From Lytechinus pictus (lineage: Eukaryota), in the NCBI RefSeq assembly GCF_037042905.1, contig NC_087245.1:36892001-36956000 (forward strand): 64,000 nt of DNA, written 5' to 3'. Of this stretch, positions 13,401 to 25,400 are shown piece after piece; position 1 is the first letter of the stretch, and the number at the start of each line of letters is the position of its first letter. Under the pieces are notes generated by a model. The model was given only the letters and a program-made list of their open reading frames with translations. It was not told the DNA's origin and ran no database searches. Made by a program: the position numbers and the translations under genes.

Positions 13401-16400
13401 AGAGGAAAAAGGTCAAATGAAGCAATGTTAAAATTCTTTTAAACATACTGGTTAACACTGACTTGATTTTTAACATGAGCTGGTGGGTGTTTCGTAAAGC
13501 TGTTCGTAAGTTAAGAGCGACTGGTGATCCCTTCTTGTGGTAAATGGTATATTCATTGGCGATAGTTTAGTGTGTAAGAAAGGTTCACCAGTCGTTCTTA
13601 AAGTCGCTTACGAACAGCTTTATGAAACGGCCCCCAGGATAGTCCTGATTGTTGCCTGTATCTATGATATGCTGTAAAAAATAAAGCCCAGAAAAATTTG
13701 CACCTGCTGAAAAGCTTCAAGGAAGTTAAAATATACGATGAGTGAAACACAGTCAAATTGTAACTGCATTTACTACATGTATCTTGTCCCCCCAGCCCAG
13801 CAGAGAAACAAAATGATTTCAAATTGTCTTCAGTTGTAAGTGAAAATCTGTACCGGCCACACAGGAACATTGTTAGCCTAATAGAGCACTAACTAAGCCC
13901 AGTCATATCTTTCGGATTGTGAGGTCAAACATTCATCCAAGAAGTACAAAATAATGTGTTGCTGTGACATTAGACATTGCTGCGGCATGAAAGGTTGTAA
14001 AAGGTCCTCTGTTAGCGTTAACGTTTCTGTGCAGCCCGTCCTGTTTGTTTCATATGTTCCGATGATCTTGAAAGAGATCCTGTCTTACCTTGATCAGAGG
14101 CCATCTTGATGGAGGATGAAGGAGCTTGACAATGACCGGGATACCATAGTTAAGACGGACAGTATTCTGACACATCTCAGCCCCGGGGTGGCGGCTGGTA
14201 ACATGACGTAGGGCACATACCTGAAAGAAAGAAGACACAAGATCATTAGAGGCAGGTCAATGTGTTTTGGTTCTCTTTCATTGAAGCAAAAGAACTTTTC
14301 GATGAATAACAAATGATAGGTATATCATAAATTGTTCCTTGTTAATAATCAACTCAACAGAATTCAACATCGGCTTGTAAAACATTGATGATATCAAGTT
14401 TAGTGAAATCAGAAATGGGTATTCAAAAAGAATATCTTGAGAATTTAGAAATCTCATTAGAAAAGCGTGAATTTAATGCTTCAATTTCGTTGCAAATTCA
14501 AGTATTTCACAATTGATTTCAATTAAATCTTTCAACTATAAATGAAAAACGGTGGTAGAAGTAGAATGGGCAAAGTATGTGGCATAGTTTGTTTTCTTTC
14601 GGTGCACAAAACAAAGAATGCGGTCACTTTGTTTTGAGTGGGACAGAGCAAGGCCCTGTTGCATAAGAAATACCATTGAGTATTTTTGTTGTGCAATTGT
14701 AACTACCATGCTGAGCTCAATAGCCAACCAAAATCAAGGATTTCATGTAAGTAACCATTGTATTACAACAGTTACTTTTATGCAAAATGGTCCTAATAAA
14801 GAAATAAACATTGTCAGAGCTTACATTAAATAAGGATGAGCAATGTATCATGAAATGGAGGAAGGAAGTATTACACGTCCCCCCAAAACGACTGTGTTGA
14901 CTTACTGCTGGTTCTGTGATTTCCTCTCTGTCTCCAGCTTTCATGAGAGTCTGCACCAGGGCTTCAACACCGGCCATCTGACTGACTATCATCTTGTTGC
15001 GGGTGTTGTTGCAGGTCAGGTTGGAGAGGATACCACAAGCGCAGGTCACCACGTTGATGTCGTTGGATGCGAGGAGCTGCACCAACATCTGAAGGAGGGG
15101 CTCAATGTCATCCTGTTCCAAAGGAAAGACCGTGAAACCGTACATGAACAAGCTTGTTATAATGCAGGAAGGTGTTTTCACAATTAAAAAAAAAAAACTT
15201 AATCTGCATAATCATTCATTCATTCATGCATATTCATTCATTCATTCATGCATATTCATTCATTCATTCATGCATATTCATTTGTTCATTCATTCATTCA
15301 TTCATTCATTCATTCATTCATTCATTCATTCATTCATTCATGCATGCATATTCATTCATTCATGAATGAATGAATTTATTTATTATCCAATACAATCAGC
15401 CAATCATTTATGAATAAATAGAAAAGCAAGGATAATAGGAACCAGAAAATCATGAGTTGTTACATTCATTATTTCAGTATTGTTTCCAAGGAAGCAAAGG
15501 CAATATACAAATTACAAAAGTGAAAATTTAACTGATGTGGGACCGACAAAATTTTTTGAGAATAAAATCTTCTTCAAAATTTCAGCCTGTTGAGTGTAAT
15601 CAGTCTACATTGTAAGGCGTAGTCAGTGACAAGGTGTCACTATACACACTGTAGTGTTATCATGGTTGATCGTACCATGGATGTGTTTTGGACACTTTTG
15701 ATTTACACTTTTTCAGCTTGTAAATGATCAGGAGGGTGTTTCACAAAGATTTAAGTATGACTTAGAGTCGCACTTAAATGCCTAGTTGCGTGCGTTATAA
15801 AAGGCATAACTGCACTGGTCAGATCATGTAAAGAAGACGCGCACTACTGCGTATTGATCAATCAGATTGCGCACTATATTTCAGATACGCGTCAGCATTT
15901 AAGTGCGATTTAAGTCATACTTAAATCTTTGTGAAACACCACCAGGAGATATTCAACGTCCCAGCTAGATACTGGGACATTTCCTTGTCATGAATTGTGT
16001 ATTGAATCAAAAACAAAAATATATCTCATATTTCTATTAATTTCTATCACACACACACACAAATTCCTGACATGTTTCTTATATTTCAAATGAAAGAATG
16101 TAAATAATTCTCCCTTTGACTTTCAAAAGTTGTTAGACTACTCACAGTTCCACGATGACAGTCGGAGAGATTCCTCAAGGTCCAAAGACAGTTCTGGACC
16201 AATCGGTTGCTGTGGTGTCCAAGGTGGAGCCCAAGGGCTGACATACCTCCTGTAACGTACAAAAGGATAACACACGATATTACATATGACACGGTTTCTG
16301 CACCACTGTCAGATTCTATGAATGCTGGAGATGAAGAAATCTTATCTGGGTCAGTTTAAGTACATTATTGCAACCTTTACCTACACTGCATAATAAAAGA

Positions 16401-19400
16401 CTTATCACTTCCTACAAAACATTATTTAAAAAAAAATTGGGGCTGGACATACAAAATGGTAACCTTTTTTTCATGGAATTGCAATTGCACTTATGCAAGA
16501 ATTTCATCCACATTGTACTCCATCTGATCCAACTAAAGTAAATGGGAACATTGGTGGGAATAATCTATAATTTTGAAATGCTTGTGTGCAGCAAAGGCAA
16601 AGAAGCAAGAAAGCCGGACAATAATGTCAATTAATGTTTTGTGCAGTCTGGACATTGAACACTTAATGATGTGCACTATTCTCATTCTGACCATGGTCAG
16701 ACCTGCTTTAGTGACTTGCCTTTGAAGAGTTTGATTTTCCTTAAATTGTATTCCCAATAGAATCCTGCCAAGATCACCTGATCATGAAGACCAATTTTCA
16801 TGTATCCCTTGGGTGGTCAGTCTTTATACCCAGGTTTCACTGTGTATATCAAATACCTACCTGCTTCAACGATGGCTGGTTTGTTGTTGTGGCAGACGGA
16901 GAGTACCTTGAGAACCCTACTGGTGGTCCACAGAAGCTTCTCGTATTCATAGGTACGCATGATGTGAACCAAAGCTGCTGGCCCACCACTGGCCAGGATG
17001 ATCAACTGCAACAAAAAGTGAGACAATAATATGCTTTTCACACTGCACTTTTTTTTCCTTAACCTCGGGAAATAACTGATAAAGAATCACCCCCAAAATC
17101 ACTGGCTGATCAGGGGGGGGGGCATGGGCCGGCTGTGCCCCCCCTCCCCTTGATCAGCCAGTGATTTTTTGGGGTGATTCTTTATCAGTTATTTTGCTTT
17201 GGTTTTTTTTTCTGTGATTGCGTTATCTTAGAAATCTGAAATATGTAGAGCAAACTCATTTCTCTCATCTGTCTTTGGTTAAAGGGCAAGTCTACTCAGC
17301 AAAATAGTTTATATGAACATGGAGTAGCTCCATGATGAACGTGGAACTACAATAATTATAAGAGGAAAATCAAACAAGCTTACCCATGAAAATTCAACAA
17401 ATCGGATGTACATTGTAATTAAAGAAATTATAGATTGAAATTAATTATGTGCATCTTTTGTATGCAAATGAGCAAACGGATGACATTTTTGGGATTTTCA
17501 TTTTTGTTTTTACTTGATGAGCATATCCCCAATTTCTTGTCATATCTGCAAACAGTGATTTTTTTTTAACATTATAAAATACGCCGAGCGAGCGACATCT
17601 TCGTATCTTTGTGAAAATTCATGTCACTGTTTTGTGAAAAATAATCAAAATGTAATAATTTAATTAATAGCCTTCTGAATCTATCCATTTCAAAGAAATT
17701 TTAAGGGTTATGCTTGTTTGATTGTTCTATTTTCATTCAGATCAACTTTTGTTGGAGTCAACTTCCCTTTTTAATTTTAGACCAATCATCCCCAATCTCG
17801 CTCATATATCTTGTTTCTAAAATTCTTTCATCTTCAAGATCTCGCTCTCATCATCACTCTTATCCTTTCATTTCACTCAAATTTAAAAAATACTCCATTT
17901 GCTGTAACCACCAACTTCACTAATCTTACAGATAAAACATCGGCACTGCACGGTCATTGCACGAGGCAGTTTTCGCAATTGCAACATGGACGGATTCTAG
18001 AACATAGTCGATTTATTGAAAATGCCTTTCAAATAAAAAAAGAACAGCTGATCAGCCTGAGAGAAAAAGTGCAAATATGATGTTTGTCTCGAGTCAAAGA
18101 CGAAAACTGCTGTTTTGATTTACCAACTTTTGACAGAAGGGCTTTTGACAATAGATGCTCTATGCTCTTGAGGCGTTGTGGGTGCATGGGGGAAGTGATT
18201 GAACTCCCTTAATCAATTCTAAGAAAAAACACAACCAGTTCAACATAATGCGATTGAAAACAGTTTTAATAAACTTTTCTTCACACATTATCTTTCACCA
18301 ATCGTGATTGACATAACCATTTGGCCATACGGGTGGATATCGTTTTCTTCACACTTTAAATATTATGAAACTATTACACACATTATCTACGATGTTATGA
18401 CATGTATGAGATACATGCAATCAAATATGATTTAAGTTACTTGATTCTAAATTTGTAAGATTTTGTACCCCACCCCTCCCCCCAAAAAAAAAAATCTTTG
18501 TAATCAAATTCAATTCATATTAAGGATTTCCTCTGTCCATTCCATATCAAACCAAATTCCCTAACTCCGTCCAAATTCTTGTCAAGAGAAATATTGTTTA
18601 TACTTGTTACAGAGCGATGACTATCTGTCAGTCTTTTTTCTTCTCTTATCCACTTCCAGCCCTGCATATCTAAAAATAGCCTACTGCCCCTCTCTCTCCC
18701 TCATGGCCTCACCCCCCTCTCTCCATTCCCCTACCTCAATTTCAGTTCAATTTTTTTAATACTGAACATAACAAAATATCGCACACAATATGAATATACA
18801 AAACAGAATACTTCAGATGAGTAAATAATAAATCGTTGTTTCATAATATTTTGATGATTAACAAAACAATATACAGATAATTATATCAATAATAATTGGG
18901 AAAGATATAAGCACAATCGAATAGTTACAATTTTAATGTTTATTTAAAATGTTAGTCCATGTACATGTAGATGACGTAGTTCTTGAGTTTGAACTTTGAC
19001 CCCGCCCCACACACACATTTATCTCAGACGTAATTTTATCTCACAATAATTACATTTTCATCAATCTTGGCACTTTCTATAGTGATAGTACAACCTCCAG
19101 GACCATGGAGCTACCCATGCCAAGACATTTGAAATTAGACTTGGAAGGCCAGCTAGCTCCGGCTCCCCTAAAGCTTTCTTTATGTTTTGGGGCGGCCAGC
19201 AAAGGTCAGAGATCAAGAGTGATGAAGGTCAGTATATCGGGGCGAGATTGATGGGAGAGGTGGAACTGGGAAGATCATAAAGGCATGCTTGTCGTCATCT
19301 TATCTCAAGAGAGATTACTTTGTTTACAAACTTTGCTAGACTGCTGTGCGGAGGTGATGGTAATATGATTTACGTTCATTGTACTCGAGTGCCTGTGCAG

Positions 19401-22400
19401 TTTTGATTGTGGGCTGTTAATTCATTCATCACATCACACCGGCGATCGACCGTGTGTTTTGACTTGGCTGCAGGGTGGTGTGTGGCTCGACGATAAAGGC
19501 GAGCCCAGGCATGAAACTTGGCTCACGCTTTGACGAGCTCGATGCTGTTTCGTCGCCTCCACCCCTCCACGCTTTAAATTCTTGAATGTATTTGTTTGTA
19601 ATTTTCAATCCGATCTTTCCTATTTTTATTCACAAGAATCAAAATCGGAAATCGGAAAAATGTAGGAAAAGGGGGAAATCGGATCGGATATTGAAATAAA
19701 AATCGCTTACAACATTACGTGACGTCAGACTAAATAGTTCAAACCTATTTACGGGTGGGCGGGGTTTAACCCAAACTCATGAGCACGTACAATGCGCTTA
19801 TGTGATTAAGCCAGAGGCCTCACCAAAGCTAATAAAAAGAATTACTGAAAGCTCTCTCAAAGATTGCTTTTCATTCATTTATATCTACATTCCTATCTGA
19901 TGCATTTAATTCCGATGACGGATATAAATCAAATATATACTGCCTTCGATCGAAGGTTTGGTGAAACTATGATACCCTCAGTGATGCGAATGCGACCATT
20001 TTCCTCCAGCATCACTTCGGGAACCATAGTTCCAACCACCTCCTCTGGCAGCCATACATATTTGTTCACTGTCCTGGTTTCCAGCCCAAGTGGAAGGAAA
20101 ACCGGGTTAAATGATGATAGATTTCACACGTAGAACAAATAAGTCAAGTCTACACGCCACAGTGATCAGGGAATTCAATGAACTGGTAGGAGTTAGAGTG
20201 GGTACAAAACAAGTTGCCACACATCCTGTAGAATTCCTGGACACTTGACATTCTTTTGACGATGCTAGTCAGATTCCTACCTTACTCTCCTGATTTCCGT
20301 AGGCCAGGATCTGAAGGCAGTCAGTCGTGATGGCCAGGAACTTGGGGTTGTTACGGGAGAGCAGAGCGACCATCTTCTGCAGGCCTCCTGCAAGACGAAC
20401 GGCCATCTTGGAGCCTTCTTGGTGAAGCAGCAGGTTGTGGAGGGTTGTGATGGCATAGAAAAGAACAGATTCTACTGGCGAGCTGAAAAGAGAGGCACAT
20501 GAAAAACATGAACGGTTAAAAAAGAAGCATTAAATTTCCATATGCGTTAGGATGGAATCTGACCTCCGATGTATCTGTACACATGTAATTGCCAACACGT
20601 GCCCTGGGTTTGCAGTCGCACATCCCCCCCGTCTTTTTTTTCCAATAATTCTTCAGTGGTCTAAATTTGAAGACTAGAAGAGAGGAATGGGAATTGTTTT
20701 TTGTAGCGGCTCTAACCATCAATTGAAACAAGTTTAAAATTGTGTTAGACACACAAAATAATTAGTGCCATATAGGGTCTGTGACTACAGACTAACTTGA
20801 CCTCTCCTCGCTGTTCCATGTCATTTGCTACTGTGACAATTGTGCCTTACAAAAATATGGGAGCAAAAACAAAGTCACTGGGTCACCCTAGGAAAACGGT
20901 GTGAACTTCATCTGGGAACTTTGGTTATTGTTGATAATGAGGATCAGTTGTATTGCAAATGTTACATTCACTCACTCACATTACACTCGACCTGTAATTT
21001 ACCTGAGGAGCTTGATGAGGGCCGGGATGCCACCACTCTTGAAGATTTGGAGGAGACCCGACCTATGGTGGGACAGGTTGTGCAGGGTGCCAGCAGCACA
21101 TCTTGTGGTCTCAGCATCGTTGCTGTTGGACATGGCCCTGACCAGAGCTGCAACCATCTGAGGGGAGTTCATGATGGCATGTCGGCTGGCCTCCTTCTTG
21201 GACAGTTGGTGGACCATCATGGCAGCCTGGTTTACCACAACCTAGAAGAAAGAGAGAGAGACGGGTTATTTCAAAATGATTCTTAACCATTTCCTAATTT
21301 TCTGCTTTTTATCATCCTGCAAGAGTAATTAAACTTCATTCAAAGAAAGAAACTGCCATCGATTTGATGATGTGGGGGTGGAGTGAAGTAGCACTCCACC
21401 ATAAAGGAGTGAGTATTCAATTGGTTTAGTTACTTTTGTTTGCTAGCAGACCCAGTGTTGAAGGGGAAGTTCACCCTGAAGAAAATTTTGTTGTAAAAAT
21501 AGCAGAAAAAAAACAAAAAAACATTGGTGGTTTGAGGAAAATCCATTAAAGATTAAGTTATTAGAATTTTAAGTTTTGGATTTGTGATGTCATAAACGAG
21601 CAGCTGCCCATATGTTATGTAACATAAAATGCATAAATTTCAAATTTTGTGATGACTTATTTTTGTTTTCTTTTTAGGAACGGGTGTAAAATGATTTGTC
21701 TATTGATATACTGAATGTACATTAAAAACCATTTTCAATTTTCTGAGAAAATGACATTTCATTGATTTTTTTACCATTTGATATGTAGGAAAGCTGCTCA
21801 CATATGTCACAAATCAAATAAGTGACATTCTAATAACTTTTTCATTCTTTGATGGATTTTTCTCAAACCTTAGGCAGTATTTTTTATTATTTTTTCTACT
21901 ATTTTTACAACAAACTTCTTTTGATTCAACCCCCCCTGAGATCTCGGCCGCCAATTGCGCGAGCGCCGCAAAAATTTGCACGCTGGTACTGTGCGATGTA
22001 ATCTACAAGGCTGTATGGTAAAATTTTCCAAAATAATGAGATTTTATTTTATATGAATTAATTATGCTAATTTATGCATAAATCATACTTTTTGCTCTAA
22101 TTCACTAAATAAAGCTCCTAGAATGCTAATTTTTGGTAAAAATATTCTTTGTAGCATTCTTAACAATCGCAATTGAAAAAAACTTCGGTTTGGAAATCAA
22201 TTTCTTATGTATTTTATTGTTTTATGAATTTCTTATATATTTCTCTGTTTTTCAACCTTTTGTTTTTCACCAGATTTATTGCACAACCTCTTTGACGCAT
22301 AATTATGCTAAAATCAATTGATTTCAGCTGTTTAAAGCAAAAATAATCATATCTTTATGAATAAGATGAGAAAACTCAATTTGCATTGACTTTGTACACA

Positions 22401-25400
22401 AAATCACGTTTTGGAACAATTTTTGGTCTGACATGCACTTACAAAATGTTGCGTAATTTCGGAACCGCGTACCGGGGCGTCGCAAATTTGGTCTCAAAAG
22501 ATGCGCGAGACTTGAAAGTATAAACTCTGTAAGTGGCGCCGCGGTCAAAAAATTTCGCGCGGCGGAATGATCGCAGAAAATGTTGAGGGGGGGTTGATTC
22601 AACCCCCCCCCCCCCCGGTCAGTTTAGGGTTAAGAAAGTTCTTGTTGTGTTATAAAAGCTGAGAGTATGGAGCGCAGTAAGAGTATTCATTTGGGTTGGT
22701 TGATGTTATTTCTTCTCCGACTCTAAATCAAGAGGGTTCCCATATGAACTTCATGAACATCTGGGAACTACTTACCAGGTCGTCATCATTTAGGAGCTTG
22801 GTGAGCTCTGGGATGGCCCTGGTAGCCAGATCAGCATCGTCCTGGTAGTTGATCAGGTTGACAACGGCATGCTTCAGCATCTGGGAGGGTTCGGAGAGAC
22901 GCTGTACGGCAGTCGGATGGGCAGGATCAAACTGAGTGGATGGGATCTGAACACCTTCTTCCAGGGTCTCTGGGAACATTGCTGCCCTCACACGCTGAGA
23001 GCGTGTCTGTGTGAGTTGCTGGTTCATCTCTGTTCATATTGAAGAAGAAATCAGCGTTTTATTGTAGTCTAAACACAGCAAGGGATTAGACCTCACTGGT
23101 TACCCAAAATGTTGGACCACCAAGTCCACAAATGAAGAAAAAGTAAGGAGACTGTATGGTAGTTATAATATATAAACCTATCAACTGAAATTAGATTTTA
23201 TAAGAGAGAAATTTGCAAAAACCTAAAAAAAAAGAAGAATGAGCTGGTGTTTACCGGTCAAATCTTGAACCAACAATCACCATGAACCCTCAATTGTTCT
23301 CTCATTTACAACCCCTAATTTTGGCTTTCTTTGTATATTTGTGACTGCCCAAAGCTGACCAAACTAAAGTTGATCAGACTAGCTGACAAGCTTAATCACT
23401 AAAATTCATATTTTGCTTCTATGTCATGATGATATGATGTTATACATATTACAAAGAGCATCAAAACAAAAAGGGTGAAGTCAATTTGACCCCCCCCCCC
23501 CTTTAGATCTCGGCCGTATTGTCACTCAAGCAAGACATCCCCCTAAGACTTTAATGGGATTATTTAACCATATTAACTGAAAAAAAAAGATAGTTGGTCC
23601 AAAACTTAGTTACAAGTAAGTTTTGATGGATGACTCACCATCGACCTGTTCCTGTGTGTAAGCTTGACCATAGCCAGCATCCCAGTCAAACATCCCCTGA
23701 CCTTGGGCTTCTTCACCACCGTCCTCATGGCGGGACTTGCTGCTCACTGACGGCGCCTGGAAGAACAAATATAGTAAATGGACAACTTCAGTGAAACTGT
23801 AAACACATTACTAGTACTTGCATTCAGTAAATTATCTCAGTTGCTAATATTACCCAGACACTGTATAAGCCCTGTCACAAGCACAACATTGAACATTTTT
23901 TTTAATAGTAGTAAAAAGAAACTATAAAGCAGGCAAAAATATTTATTTTCAGGTGCTACTTTACACAACCTAAAAGCTAAATCTCCAACATTGGATAAGT
24001 ACAGTGAATGGGATTTTCGAGGGCTCTGTTTTTTGTTATTTTCAACGGCTCTTGAGAATTTTAGGGACGAAATTACCCTAATTCCCTGTGTAAGTTTTCG
24101 CTGCTATATGGGTCAATTATTGCTTAAGTTGAAAAACAAATATAGGGGGGAAAAGTAACTATGGAGGTCTTTACTTCTTCCATCTAGGCAAGGGATGATA
24201 TACATGTAATTGTTTGATATTGATGGGGTAAAAAATGGGAGCGACTGGTCTTCTTTGACATACATGTATGCCCAATTAACCAGACATGGTAGCTTAGTGG
24301 TAGTAGAGCGCCCGCGGAGTCAAACAAAAAGCTTGTGGGACCTTCTGCCTTCTTGTCAGGTCCTCAATTTTTTTAGTGGTCCCCTTTTTACCAAATATAT
24401 TTTTTTCCTTGTTTGTACATCAATAGTATTGTCTTTGCAATGCATGTAGGATTGTTTTTGGTAATTATAAAGTTTCAAGTTTTCAACATTATTTCATATG
24501 CAGGGCCCACTGGGAGAACGTAACGATTCATAAGAGCGAAAATGAGAATTATTATGCCTATACCTTACCATTTAAAGGACAATTGCACCCGAACAAAAAG
24601 TTGATTCGAATAAAAAGAGAAAAATCCAACAAGCGTAACACTGAAAATTTCATCAAAATCGGATGTAAAATAAGAAAGTTATGGTGTTTTAAAGTTTCAC
24701 TTAATTTCACAAAACAGTTATATTCACATCCTTGTCGGTATGCAAATGAGGAGACTGATGACATCACTCACTATTTCTTTTGTATTTTATTATGTGAAAT
24801 GTGAAATATTCAATTTTTTCCCTATTGTCGTATGAAACAACGATTTATTCCTTCCTGAACATGTGCAATTAGCATTGTTTAATACTATATGGTTCAATCA
24901 AGTTGGTCCTTATTGTCAAATCTGTAAAAAATGAAATATTGTATAATTCAAACAATAAAAAACAAAAGAAATAGTGAGTGAGGGACATCATCGACTGTCT
25001 CATTTGCATGTCACTGAGTTGTGCATATCACTGTTTTGTGAAAAATAAGCGAAAATTTAAAATGTCTTAACTTTCTTATTTTACATCCGATTTTTATGAA
25101 ATTTTCAGCATAATGCTTCCTTGATTTTTCTTTATTTATTCAAATCAACATTTTTCTGGGGTGGACTTGACCTATAACATTTCTCCCTCTATTCGATCAA
25201 CCAGGATATTACAAACATCATGATCTACTTGTCTAACTCATTATAGCCAAAATATGTATTTTTTTAATGGTTAGAATTTTGTATTATCAATGTTAAATTT
25301 CATATAATAAAGTAATAAGAACAAAAGAAATCTGATCATCCAGGAACTAAAATGGGAAAGGCAACCAATATTGTACTGCTAACACATGGGAGTAATATAA

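Noticed and set aside
19920..20110. GC-richer intronic stretch with short open frames, possible extra exon
   Set aside because: No armadillo similarity or clear splice sites, and the beta-catenin CDS is complete without it.
20840..21286. Plus-strand ORFs antisense to beta-catenin exons (also 14843-15187, 11497-11775)
   Set aside because: Shadow ORFs from codon structure of the real exons; no independent features.
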